Assembly: GCA_963727445.1 (NCBI GenBank)
Contig: CAVSGI010000009.1
Span: 512,001 to 576,000 of the forward strand
Source: an uncultured delta proteobacterium
GTDB lineage: Bacteria > Myxococcota_A > Polyangia > Polyangiales > B10-G4
DNA length: 64,000 bases
Reading direction: 5' to 3'
Every line of letters starts with the position of its first letter. The first letter of the stretch is position 1. Below, piece by piece: positions 1 through 9,921 of the stretch. Below the pieces are notes generated by a model. The model was not told where the DNA came from. It did not search any database and was given only the letters and a program-made list of their open reading frames with translations. The position numbers were made by a program, and so were the translations under genes.

Positions 1-878
1 CGGTCGCGCCGGAAGAGCTCCACTGCGGCGTCGATGGGTGCGAGCGGGTTGCGGAGCTCGTGACCCAGGAGCGCGAGGAACGCGTCCTTTCGCTTCTCCG
101 CGATCTCGAGCTCGGTGGACTTGCGGCGCAGTCGACCCTCGACCCGCTTGTAGCGCCCGATGTCGCGAGCGATGGTGCAGGCGCCGATCACGCCGCCATG
201 GCTGTCCGTGAGCGGGACGACGGAGATGGACACGTCGACCAGGTCGCCGTTTCGGTGTCTCCGCGTGGTGTCGAGATTCTCGATGCGCATCCCGCGACGA
301 ACCTGATCGAGGAGCTGCGCCTTTTCTCCCACTCGCTCCGGTGGAAGGATGATCGAGGTCGCGCCCCCCACCACGTCGCGCGCCTCGTAGCCATAGAGCG
401 AGCGCGCGCCCGCGTTCCAATGGGTGATGGTGCCGTCCAGGGTCTCGGCGACGATGGCGTCCGGGCTGGCGTCGACCATCGCCGCGAGGCGGGCGTGCTC
501 CATCTCCGCCTGCCCGCGTGCCTCGGCGTCGATCGCGGCGCGCAGCGTGCCGGTGACATCACTGACCACCATGGCCAAACCGCCGCCATCCGCCGGCGCG
601 ACCCAGCAGAGGAAGAAGCGCTCGTGCTTCAGGGAGAACCCCTCGAAGCGCAGCGGCGTGGCCGTGTCCCGGCCCTCCTGCATCCTCGCCTCGAAGATGG
701 TCCCTTGCCATTCGGGCAACAGACCCCAGATGGTGCAGCCTTGAATGTCGGGCTCCGAGTCGTCCAGCAGGATGCACGCCGCCTTGTTCGCGTAGGTGAC
801 GCGCCATTGCTGATCGAGAACGAGGTACGCGTCGGGAACCTCCTCGAGCAATCCGCCTAAGACGTGAGCATCACCCAC
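1..878 (-). CDS. PAS-PAS sensor histidine kinase (3' part runs off the window)
   Basis: Manual minus-strand translation from GTG 878, absent from the ORF track because it has no stop in the window: MGDAHVLGGLLEEVPDAYLVLDQQWRVTYANKAA (PAS), VDASPDAIVAETLDGTITHWNAGARSLYGY (PAS), H-box FLALLGHELRNPLAPI. Confidence 0.9.
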   Translation of the reverse strand, partial: MGDAHVLGGLLEEVPDAYLVLDQQWRVTYANKAACILLDDSEPDIQGCTIWGLLPEWQGTIFEARMQEGRDTATPLRFEGFSLKHERFFLCWVAPADGGGLAMVVSDVTGTLRAAIDAEARGQAEMEHARLAAMVDASPDAIVAETLDGTITHWNAGARSLYGYEARDVVGGATSIILPPERVGEKAQLLDQVRRGMRIENLDTTRRHRNGDLVDVSISVVPLTDSHGGVIGACTIARDIGRYKRVEGRLRRKSTELEIAEKRKDAFLALLGHELRNPLAPIDAAVELFRRD

Positions 879-918
879 CCCGGCTCCCGTAGTTGCGCGA
901 CGAGCGCCTGCAACCCCC

Positions 919-1638
919 TCACCCACGCCGTGGGACTCGGGTTGCGGCGTTGATCGGCAGCTCGGTGATCAACGGATCGATACGATCCTCTGCGCCCCGA
1001 ATGCACATGCGCATGTAGAGCTCACCCGTCCGCACTTGCGGGTGCTCGCCGCTCCCCTCGAGCTCCAGGGACGCGGGATGATCCATGGCGTCAGCGGGCT
1101 GCTGCGCCGCTCCCGCGAGGAAGCGACGCCCGAGCTCGTCCGAGTCCGGTGGATCGTCCTGCTCGCGCGCATAGGGCTCCTCCATGGATGGTGCCCCGGC
1201 GAAGAACGCCGAGTACTCCGAACGGCCCGCCAGCTCCTCCGCTTCGGGGCCCTCGGCCCAGTCGAGGGCGAGGGGTGCCGAGTGATCCTCCCCGTCCACA
1301 CGCCGGCCGAGCTTCGGGCTCCAGGTGCGCTCGCTTTCGGGGGGGAGAACGACGAACTCCTCCATGTCGATCACCGATTGCATCTTGGCCCGTGCCCACC
1401 AGGCGGCGTAGGACGCGAAAGAAGCCGCAGTCGGGTCGAAATATTTCGCGGCGAGGATCACGCCGAGAAGTCCGGCCTGGATCAGGTCGGCGACCTCGAC
1501 GCCAGGACGTTCGAGCTGCTCGGCCATGGCCACGATCCAGGGGCGGTGGCTGAGGAGCGTCTCGTCCGAGGACCGGACAGAGAGCGACGTTCGAGCTGAA
1601 TCCTGCTCGGTCGTCGCGCCTCGGACGTGTTCCAACAT
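919..1638 (-). CDS. Sigma-70 region-2-containing protein with no recognisable region 4
   Basis: DLIQAGLLGVILAAKYFDPTAASFASYAAWWARAKM matches sigma-70 region 2; the C-terminus is acidic and has no region-4 HTH; start taken at ATG 1638 (MLEHV) within ORF 919..1941. Confidence 0.7.
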   Translation of the reverse strand: MLEHVRGATTEQDSARTSLSVRSSDETLLSHRPWIVAMAEQLERPGVEVADLIQAGLLGVILAAKYFDPTAASFASYAAWWARAKMQSVIDMEEFVVLPPESERTWSPKLGRRVDGEDHSAPLALDWAEGPEAEELAGRSEYSAFFAGAPSMEEPYAREQDDPPDSDELGRRFLAGAAQQPADAMDHPASLELEGSGEHPQVRTGELYMRMCIRGAEDRIDPLITELPINAATRVPRRG

Positions 1639-1822
1639 GGCATCGCCTCTCGTGGGTTCGCATGACCCGTAGGCTCCACGGACGTTCGCACAAGCCCCAT
1701 CGAGGGTCAGGTGCGCGGGGCGATCCGCCCCGATCGTGACGAAGCGCCACTGTCGGTCAGGCACGACGGGGCATCCGACACGTGTTGCGAAGTAGGTATG
1801 CAACTTGCGAGCGCCCGCCGTC

Positions 1823-2630
1823 ATGACCCACGATGAAACCGAACAACTCCTCACCAGGAAGAAAGAGCGCGAGCTCCTCGGGCGTGCTGCCACGGGCGAA
1901 CAATCGGCCGTCAGGCAGGTCATAGACGATACGACGCCCATGGTTCGCGCAATCGCCAGACGCCTCGCGCGCAGCGCCGACCAGTTCGACGACCTGCTGC
2001 ACGAGGGGATGCTCGGGGTGCTCCATGCCCTGACCCGCTTCGAATCCCAGTCGGGAGACGCGGTTCACGACCTACGCGCGCTACTGGGTCCGCTATTATG
2101 TACAGCGTGCCGCCCGGCGCAGCCGGCGCATCACCACCTTGCCGCGTACGCGAAAGATGGTGAAGGCGCGGCACGGGGTGCGGCGCGTGCGAAAGGCGCT
2201 CGAACAGGCCCAGGGTGGCCCCGTCGCGGCCGAGGACATCGCCGAGGCTCTCGGGGTGAGCGTCGACGACGTGATCCACGTCGAGCAAGAGCGTGTGGGC
2301 ACCGACATCTCCCTCGATGGCGCGTCGCAGGGCGATGGCGCACCCATGGAGATGCGAAGCTCGCGCATGAATCCCGAAGACCTGGCCATCGAGAGGGGCA
2401 TGCGACGCGAGCAGCGCCTCGTGGCCAATCGTTGCATGAACGTGCTGAACCCGCGCGAGCGCTTCATCGTCGAGGAGCACATCCTCGGGCAGGACCGGCG
2501 CACCCTTCGCGAGATCGGCGCGGACCTCGGGATCTCGAGAGAGCGCGTCCGGCAGCTCGAGCAGCGCGCCCTGACGCGCATGCGCGAAGAGATGAGCGGA
2601 GTCCCCGTCCGCGCCCTCCTCGCCTCCTGA
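1823..2630 (+). CDS. RNA polymerase sigma-70 factor, RpoH/SigB-SigC-like (one frameshift near 2050)
   Basis: DDLLHEGMLGVLHALTRF, then after the shift RFTTYARYWVRYY (region 2); region 4 RERFIVEEHIL..RTLREIGADLGISRERVRQLEQRAL; joins ORFs 1805.. and 2139..2630. Confidence 0.88.
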
Positions 2631-2658
2631 CGGGGACGGTCTACACTTTTCAACTTTC
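2631..2658. repeat. Solo copy of the 28-bp RAYT-associated end repeat CGGGGACGGTCTACACTTTTCAACTTTC
   Basis: Identical to the repeat at 54256-54283; begins directly after the TGA of the sigma gene, between convergent genes. Confidence 0.95.
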
Positions 2659-2673
2659 GCCCTTCCCTTCCCC

Positions 2674-3987
2674 TCACCTCGTCGCGATGAGCCGGTCGAC
2701 CGCCTTGCTCAACAGCGTCAGGTCTGCGGGCTTGACGAAGAAGTGATTGGCGCCGAGCCGGCTCAGCACCCGCCAATCGCTCGCGCTTCCGATCCCCGTG
2801 AGGACGATGATGCCGACGTTGGGGTTGGCGCTTCGGAGTGCCGCAGTGAGCTCGAGACCGTTCACGCCGGGCATCTCGAGGTCGGTGATGACCACGTCGG
2901 GCGGACGCGCCTGAATGGCTCTGAGGGCGGAGCGGCCGTCCGAAGCCGTCTCCACCACCACGCCCGGGATCTCCTGCGACAAGACGTCGGCGACGACCCG
3001 CCGCATCGCCTCGTCGTCATCCACGACGAGCACGCGGGTCTCGACCCGGCGTTCGGGGCACGCGCCGACCTGGAGCAGCTCGGTGACGAGCTCGCCGGCG
3101 GACGCGTGTCTGCACTCCGGTGCCTTGTCGAGGGAGCGCAAGAGCGGTCGATCGAAAGCGACGGAGACGTGCTCGGCGGTGGAGCTCGGCCGTGGCGCGG
3201 GCCGCTGGATGTGCGCCGCGAGGAGCTTCTCGGTTGGCTCGTCGGGCTCGAGTAGAAAGGGCAGGCGACCCGTGATCAACTCGAAGGCCAGTACCGCGAA
3301 GGAGTAGACGTCCTGCCGCCACATCAGCGAGTCGTGCAGTTGCAGGCCGGCCGCTCTCTCGGGGGGCATGTAGGCTGGCGTACCGCGAATCTCGTTGCGG
3401 CGTAGTCGCCCCAGAGTGTCGGTGAGGCCCATGTCGGAGAGGAGCACGCGTCCGGACTCGCTGAGCAGGACGTTTTCCGCTTTCACGTCGCCGTGGATGC
3501 GGCCCGACGCGTGGATCGCGTCGAGACCCCGAGCGACACACTCCAGAATCGACAGGCGTTCGTCGAGGGTCAGCTCGGGCTCGAGCGAGGCATAGAGCCG
3601 GCGCTCGAGGGTCATTCCCGGAACGAGCTCCATCGCGAAGTAGGGCGCCCCGTGGTGCCGGCCGAAGGAGTGGATGGCCACCACGTTCGGGTGTGCGAGA
3701 GCCGCCATGGCGCGTGCTTCTTCGAGAAAGGACTCCTCGCTTCCGGGCAGGCGCAGGAGCTCCGGGTGAAGCAGCTTCAACGCGACCTGGCGATCGAGCT
3801 TGGTGTCGCGAGCAGCGAGCACCACGCCCATGCCGCCGATCCCGAGAACGCTGCGCACTTCGAACTCGTCGATGCGCGTTCCAGAGTGGGGGATCACCGG
3901 GTTTGGGACACCCGAGAGGACGTTCGAGCGCCCTCGGCTCGTTTCTCGCTCTTCTTCGATGTCGGAAGCCAGAGACTGGGACGTCAT
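2674..3987 (-). CDS. Ser/Thr protein kinase fused to a C-terminal response-regulator receiver domain
   Basis: LGIGGMGVV, VALK, IHGDVKAEN, DMG, GTPAYMPPE; receiver VLVVDDD..DVVITDLEMPGVNG..LTG..KP; SD AAGGA before ATG 3987. Confidence 0.92.
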   Translation of the reverse strand: MTSQSLASDIEEERETSRGRSNVLSGVPNPVIPHSGTRIDEFEVRSVLGIGGMGVVLAARDTKLDRQVALKLLHPELLRLPGSEESFLEEARAMAALAHPNVVAIHSFGRHHGAPYFAMELVPGMTLERRLYASLEPELTLDERLSILECVARGLDAIHASGRIHGDVKAENVLLSESGRVLLSDMGLTDTLGRLRRNEIRGTPAYMPPERAAGLQLHDSLMWRQDVYSFAVLAFELITGRLPFLLEPDEPTEKLLAAHIQRPAPRPSSTAEHVSVAFDRPLLRSLDKAPECRHASAGELVTELLQVGACPERRVETRVLVVDDDEAMRRVVADVLSQEIPGVVVETASDGRSALRAIQARPPDVVITDLEMPGVNGLELTAALRSANPNVGIIVLTGIGSASDWRVLSRLGANHFFVKPADLTLLSKAVDRLIATR

Positions 3988-4019
3988 GTGGATCCTTTCG
4001 GCACGATGGCGTCTCAGGG

Positions 4020-4035
4020 TGCGAAGCACGTGCCA
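4020..4035 (-). promoter_or_regulatory. Putative sigma-54 (-24/-12) promoter for the kinase-receiver gene
   Basis: Minus strand reads TGGCAC-GTGCT-TCGCA with correct GG-N10-GC spacing, ~33 nt upstream of ATG 3987 and divergent from a sigma-54 activator. Confidence 0.65.
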
Positions 4036-4133
4036 CCGTCTCAGGTGACGCGCGCGCGCCCCGCCGTGGCAATTCGCCACGAGAGTGGCTTTGTGCCGCG
4101 GGACCGAGGCACGTCCTTGGTAGGCTCGGGCCG

Positions 4134-5471
4134 ATGTCGTCCTCCCTTTCCGCTCCGGGCACCCGAATCCTCGAGTCCGCAGACGGGCCGACGTTGGTCC
4201 TCGGTCGCGCGCGGCTCAGCGTCGAAACCGGAATGGACGCCGGTGCGACGCTCGACGTCGACGCACTCTCGATCACGGTGGGGACCGACGCCGATGCCGA
4301 CCTGATCCTGACCGATCCGGCGGTCTCCAACCGCCACTTCGAGCTCGCGCGGACCGAGCATGGATGCCTGCTGCGCGATCTCGGGAGCACCAATGGAACC
4401 TTCGTCGATGGCCGCCGCGCGACCGGGGTGTACCTCGACAGGACCGCTCGGATCCGTGTTGGCGAGACCACGATCGTCTTCGAGAGCCTCGATGAGGACG
4501 TCGAGGTCCCGCTCGCGCGGCGCACCAATTTCGGCAAGCTCCTCGGTCACAGCCCGGCCATGCGCGCGGCTTTTGCAACGCTCCACAAAGCGGCGAAGAG
4601 CGACGTGACGGTGCTGATTCAGGGAGAGTCGGGTACGGGCAAGGAGCTGGCGGCGCGCGGTCTGCACGACGAGGGCCCGCGCAAGAACGGTCCCTATGTC
4701 GTCTTCGATGCCGGCACCGCCGCACCGACCCTGCTGGAGAGCCAGCTCTTCGGACACGAAAAAGGTGCGTTCACCGGGGCGACCACTGCGCGCGAGGGCG
4801 TCTTCGAAGCCGCGGACGGCGGCACGCTGGTCCTCGACGAGATCGGCGAGCTCCCGCTCGACCTTCAGCCAAAGCTCCTCCGTGCGCTCGAGACGCGCAC
4901 GGTCGTGCGACTCGGCTCGACCCGGAGCCGGCAGGTGGACGTGCGCCTCGTCGCCTCCACCAACCGAAACCTCCGCGCCGAAGTGGAGGCGGGTCGCTTT
5001 CGTCAGGATCTCTACTTCCGCCTCTCGGTGATCACCGTCCGGCTCCCGCCCCTCCGGGATCGGCGCGAGGAGCTACCGCGCTTGATTCGCCACTTTCTCG
5101 CGAACCTCGGCCGGAGCGACGCGCCGGAGCTCCCGCTCGCGACGATGCGCCTGCTCGAGAGCCACGATTGGCCGGGGAACGTGCGAGAGGTGCGCAATTT
5201 CGTCGAACGCTATCTCGCGCTGCCAGGCGCGAGCCCCGAGCAGCTCCTGCCTCGGGCCGACGTCGGGATGGAGGGCCCGGCGCTCGACGCTTCCGCGCTG
5301 GAGGTTCAGTTCCACGACGCCAAGCAACACTTCACCGATCGCTTCGAGCGCGCCTACCTCTCGCGGCTCTTGGAGAAGCACGGGGACAACATGTCGGAGG
5401 CGGCGCGCGTCAGCGGGCTGTCGCGACAGACCTGTTATCGGCTATTGCGCAAGCATGGGCTCCGCGGCTGA
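4134..5471 (+). CDS. FHA-domain sigma-54-dependent transcriptional activator (FHA-AAA+-Fis HTH)
   Basis: [53 protein letters not shown]-terminal [23 protein letters not shown]. Confidence 0.95.
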   Translation: MSSSLSAPGTRILESADGPTLVLGRARLSVETGMDAGATLDVDALSITVGTDADADLILTDPAVSNRHFELARTEHGCLLRDLGSTNGTFVDGRRATGVYLDRTARIRVGETTIVFESLDEDVEVPLARRTNFGKLLGHSPAMRAAFATLHKAAKSDVTVLIQGESGTGKELAARGLHDEGPRKNGPYVVFDAGTAAPTLLESQLFGHEKGAFTGATTAREGVFEAADGGTLVLDEIGELPLDLQPKLLRALETRTVVRLGSTRSRQVDVRLVASTNRNLRAEVEAGRFRQDLYFRLSVITVRLPPLRDRREELPRLIRHFLANLGRSDAPELPLATMRLLESHDWPGNVREVRNFVERYLALPGASPEQLLPRADVGMEGPALDASALEVQFHDAKQHFTDRFERAYLSRLLEKHGDNMSEAARVSGLSRQTCYRLLRKHGLRG

Positions 5472-7160
5472 ATCCGATAGGCGCGTCGGCGGCTATCTCC
5501 TCGAGCGGCGCCTCGCCGTGGGCGGGATGGCGGAGATCTTCGAGGCGCGAAGAGACGATGGCGGCCCGCTGGTGGTGGTCAAGCTCCTGCTTCCTCAATA
5601 CGCGCGCGACGCGGAGATCGAGGAGATGCTCCGTCACGAGGCCGAGCTCCAGGAGCGCCTGAGTCACCCCGGGCTGGTCCGGGTCCTCGAGCACGGCGAA
5701 GACGACGGTCAGCCCTACCTCGTGATGGAGCGAGTCGACGGCGTGTCCCTCGCCGACCTCCTCGCCTATCCCGACGTCCCGCGCCTGCCGCGCGACGTGG
5801 CGCTCTTCGTGATCCGGCGCGTGCTCGAGGCGCTCGCGTACGTGCACGACGCGAAGGGCGCGGACGGTGCGCCGCTCGCCATCGTCCACCGCGACGTGAC
5901 GCCACAGAACATCTTGATCTCGCGCGACGGAGACGTGCGCCTCGGCGACTTCGGCATCGCCCGCTCTTCGCTCCGCGATGCGCGTACCCGCACCGGCGTC
6001 ATCAAGGGGAAGCTCCGCTACGTCGCCCCGGAGCAGGTGACGGGATCGGCGATCGACGCGCGCACCGACCTCTACAGCCTCGGCGTCGTCGCCTTCGAGC
6101 TGCTCACCGGCGAGCCGTATCTCGTCGGTGACTCGGAGATCGCGCTGCTCCGCGCGGCGGAGGATCCGACACCGCGCGCCTTGTCGGATCGACTCGAGGA
6201 CGTCGATCGAGGACCTCGACCGACTGCTCGGGCGCATGCTCTCTCGCTTCGCCGAGGAGCGTCCGGCCAGCGCGAAGGCGGTGCTTGGCGCGCTCGATTC
6301 GATCGCCAACGCGCACGATGACGCCGAGGCGAAGCGCGAGCTCGGGAGCCGGGTGGCGACGGTGGCGCGAGAGCGGGGGATCGTGCCGGGGCCGCAGAAG
6401 CAGGAGACGCCAGCCGAGGAGCCGACAGGGACCCGGGCGGCCTATCGGGTCCTCTTCGTCCTCGCCCTCGTCGCGATCGGCATCGGGACCGCGTTGGTGT
6501 TCTCGTCTGCGGAGGAAGAGACGCGAGAGCGCGAGGCGCTCGATGCGGGCGCGACGGGGCCGCAGACCCGAGAGGAAGAGGAGCCGGAGGGACCGAGCAC
6601 GACGGCGGACGCGCCGGCGGCCGCGACCGACGCGACGCCGGCCGAGGCGGTGGCCATCGAGGTGAGGGAGACGGCCTCGTCCCCGGCGCCCACCGAGGTT
6701 GCCCATCGCCCTTCGCGCTCGCCGGCGGAGGCGGAGGCGCCGCCCGAGGAGGCCACCGCCGCCGACCCGTCCAGCGACGCCCAGGCGCGCGCCGCCCTCG
6801 AGGGACGTCTCGCTGCCCTTCGCCGCGCGTTGCGAGCGCGCGGGGTGCGCGAGGAGGATTCTGGATGCACCCCTTCGAGGGCGCCTCGCTGCCGCAGAGC
6901 GCGCGCTCGTCGCGCAGGAGCTCGCCGACGCGGAGCGCGCCGTAGCCGACGCCGAGCAGGGCGCCGCCGCGGTGACCGTCGACGCGGATTTCGTCCGCCG
7001 AAAGATCGCGCGCGTCGACGCGGTCATCCGTCGCGCGCGGTCGCGCGGCACTGACACCACCCGCGTCCAGGCGCTGTCGGCGAGCGCGCTCTCAGACTTC
7101 ATGGCCGGCCGCCACACGTCCGCGAACGGACGCCTGAATCAGATCCTCGACTCGCTCTGA
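5455..7160 (+). CDS. Membrane Ser/Thr protein kinase (two frameshifts near 6200 and 6870)
   Basis: LAVGGMAEIF, VHRDVTPQN, DFGIA, KGKLRYVAPE in ORF 5455..6321; continues in 6128..7054 (TM VLFVLALVAIGIGTALVF) and 6699..7160. Confidence 0.85.
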
Positions 7161-7164
7161 CCCT

Positions 7165-8215
7165 TCAAGGCACGCAGGCGCCGCTCTCGGCGTCGCACGT
7201 CGGCCGTTCCGTCGGGCAGACGTTCGCGTCGCCGTAGAGCCGACAGTCGGGGATGCAGTAGCCGATGGCGGGATCGCAGATCAGGCCGCTGTCGCAAGTC
7301 GCGGCATCGCAGTTCGAAAGGACGCACGCGTCGGCGACGCACATCAGCCGCGGCATGCCAGGGCAGGTCAGGGTCGTCGGGTCCATGACGCCCGAGCCGC
7401 AAGGGGCGGTTGGGATCGAGGGGGGCGGCCCACATGGGAGGGTGAAGTCGCCGACGTACGGCTGGCTCTCTGCTTCGGCGGCGACCTGATCGAGGGCCGT
7501 GCCGTCGGCGTCGGTGACGCTGGATTCGATGCGAAGGCGGTAGGACAGCGTGACGCCGTCGTTGTCGAGGGGCGGAGGGTCGATTCTGTGCGACCACGCC
7601 GGTGGCGTCGAGGCGGATCGCGGCGGGCCGGCCACCGGGCTGGAAGGAGACCGCGCCTTCGGCGAAGAGGGTCGAGGGCTCGATGGGCTTGGAGAACATC
7701 ACCACCACGGTCGGCACCACGCAGCCCTGAGCGGTCTGGCCGTCGGCGGGGATCACCTCGCCGACGCGGGGCGGGAGCTGGCCGGGGCGGATGTTGAAGG
7801 GCACGCGGAGCGGATCGCTGTCGATGCCGAAGCGTGCGGCGAGCGCGCGCCCCTCGGCGATGGTGCCCACCCCCGACTCTCCGATGACGCGAACGTCGAG
7901 GGGCACGTCCGGGAGTGTGCCTCGTTCGAGGCGCACGAAGGGGAGGTGATCGACGACGGGAACGCTCACCACGAGCTCGAGGTCGCTCGCATCCGCGTCG
8001 GCGTTGGTCACCTGAACGCCGTCGTGCGAGCTCTCCTCTCCCGGGGCGTAGAGCCCGTCCGCGCTGTCGAAGACGTACACCACGGACTCGATGCGCTCCA
8101 CGATCTGCGACTCGCTGTTGATGTTCGGATCGGGAACGAGCTCGAGGTCCAGGGCCGGCTCGCTCGCACAGCCGGCGAGGAGGACGAGGACCAACTTCGG
8201 GAACGAGCGCGTCAT
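7165..8215 (-). CDS. Lipoprotein with Ig-like domain and Cys-rich C-terminus (frameshift near 7585)
   Basis: MTRSFPKLVLVLLAGC lipobox; PPRVGEVIPADG..VVMFSKPI Ig-like motif; C-terminal Cys-rich part lies in ORF 7165..7635. Confidence 0.7.
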
Positions 8216-8850
8216 GGCGGCGTGATCACCAGGTCGGGGCTCTGTCCCTGATCGCGCGTGAGGACGACGCCGGCCGCGATGCCGCCGCCCACCACGGCAG
8301 CGACCAGGGTCCACAGCCACCACTTCTGATACCAATGGGACTCGTGTGGGCGCGCAGGCGCGAGCTCCTGCCCGATATCGAAGGCGGCGGCTTCGACGCT
8401 CTCGGCGGTGGCGTCCTGCACGACCGCCTGCCGCGACGTCTCCCCGGCGCTGCCGACGACCTCGACCAGACGCACACGAACCATCACGGTCGTGCCGAGG
8501 CGCGCGAGGGAGAGCGCCGCCACCTGGTCGACGTGGAGATCGCGCCCCACCGCTCGGGCACAGTCGGGATCGTCATTGCACTCGCTCGGTCGACCTTCGA
8601 GTGCCCGCGAGACGTCGCCGCCCGCGGTGGCATCGAGCATCTCGCTGCGCGAGAGGCCGCGCGCGAGCGCCGCGGAGGCATCGGCATCGGCGAGGCTGGC
8701 CTCCGTGGCCCAGGTGGACGGAAGCACGGCGACCCGGGCGGTGGCCCGGGCCGAGCTGGCGTCACTCACGCGCTTGTCGCTGCCCGCGCACCCGCCGAAG
8801 AGGAGCGCGAGCAGCGAGAGGAGGAGGGAGGTTCGGCAGAGGACGCCCAT
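8212..8850 (-). CDS. Putative lipoprotein with C-terminal membrane segment
   Basis: LLFGGC lipobox; C-terminal WYQKWWLWTLVAAVVGGGIAAGVVL; 4-nt overlap with the next gene. Confidence 0.75.
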   Translation of the reverse strand: MGVLCRTSLLLSLLALLFGGCAGSDKRVSDASSARATARVAVLPSTWATEASLADADASAALARGLSRSEMLDATAGGDVSRALEGRPSECNDDPDCARAVGRDLHVDQVAALSLARLGTTVMVRVRLVEVVGSAGETSRQAVVQDATAESVEAAAFDIGQELAPARPHESHWYQKWWLWTLVAAVVGGGIAAGVVLTRDQGQSPDLVITPP

Positions 8851-8872
8851 GCGCTCGTCGATGGTACTCGTA

Positions 8873-9718
8873 TCACTCGCCGGGGCAGAGGAACTGCCAG
8901 CCGCAAACGCCGCTCGCCGAAGGCTCGCAGACGACCGAGGCGGAGGATCCGTCGCCGCACATCGGCAGCGCGCCTGGCTCCGGGCCGCAGTCCGCGGGCT
9001 CGCAGCTCGGGCAGAGGAACTGCCAGCCGCAGACGCCTCCGTCGTTCACGCAGGTGGTGATCGCGGTGGAGCCGTCGCTGCAGCGCGGCGCGGCGCCCGG
9101 AACGGGCCCGCAGTCCGCGTCGGTGCATTCGGCGGGTGGGCACTCGCGCCACGTGTAGCCGCAGACGCCCGCGGCGTTTCGCTCGCACGGTCCGGGACCG
9201 CCCCAGGATCCGTCGTCGCACATGTACGCGGGTGCGCCAGGCGCCGGTCCGCACTCCTCGGGGGTGCAGTCGCTGACCGGGCAGTCGCGAAACTCCCAAC
9301 GGCAGCCGTGGTCCGTGAGGAGGCAGCGTCCGGTGCTGCCGCCGACGGATCCGTCGTCGCACATGTACGTCGGCGACTCGGGCTCGGGCCCGCACGCCCC
9401 GGGGGTGCAGGTGAGGTCGTCACATCCGAGGAAGGGCGAAGGCGTCTCCGACGGACTGTCGAGGTGGACGGGCTCGCAATCGGTGCGAACGATGCACGCC
9501 GATTCGTCGAGGTCGCTGCAGGCGTCGGGCGCGGGACAGGTCATGTCCGCGGCGCAGGTCGCCCAGCCGTCGGGCACCGACGCGGAGTCGGAGAAGGTCC
9601 GGGTCTCCCCGGTGCGGAGGTTGATCGCGAGCACCCCGGCTGGCGTGGTGCTGCTGGTACAGGCCGCCGCCGAGAGGGCGACGAAAAGGAAGGCGGAAAG
9701 TCGGGTGTGAGTGGTCAT
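8873..9718 (-). CDS. Cys-rich repeat lipoprotein
   Basis: LSAAAC lipobox; four CGP.P....C.DGS....C......C.W....CP repeats; SD GAGGAG upstream. Confidence 0.8.
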   Translation of the reverse strand: MTTHTRLSAFLFVALSAAACTSSTTPAGVLAINLRTGETRTFSDSASVPDGWATCAADMTCPAPDACSDLDESACIVRTDCEPVHLDSPSETPSPFLGCDDLTCTPGACGPEPESPTYMCDDGSVGGSTGRCLLTDHGCRWEFRDCPVSDCTPEECGPAPGAPAYMCDDGSWGGPGPCERNAAGVCGYTWRECPPAECTDADCGPVPGAAPRCSDGSTAITTCVNDGGVCGWQFLCPSCEPADCGPEPGALPMCGDGSSASVVCEPSASGVCGWQFLCPGE

Positions 9719-9921
9719 GTCGAGTCTCCTCAGGTGGTTCGCATCGACCTTCGAGCAAGGGCGAGGCCACGAACGAACCGGCGGAGATCACGAGCGAAAT
9801 CTCGCCCTCGGCTTCGAGGTGTCACAGCGGTGGAACACGTGTGCCAGCGGAACGGACGTGCGCGTGGCGCACCTGTGGGGTCCGCGGCGTTCTATCGATG
9901 AGCGACCCGTCGGCGGGGCGC

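Noticed and set aside
60..860. 266-aa plus-strand ORF and other long antisense ORFs (e.g. 17937..20477, 44375..46384, 52252..53838, 59754..62270)
   Set aside because: Shadow ORFs of real genes on the opposite strand, expected in high-GC DNA; no protein motifs.
9831..9846. Sigma-54 promoter TGGCAC-ACGTG-TTCCA (minus strand) upstream of the Cys-rich lipoprotein
   Set aside because: The conserved -12 GC is CC; not supportable without data.
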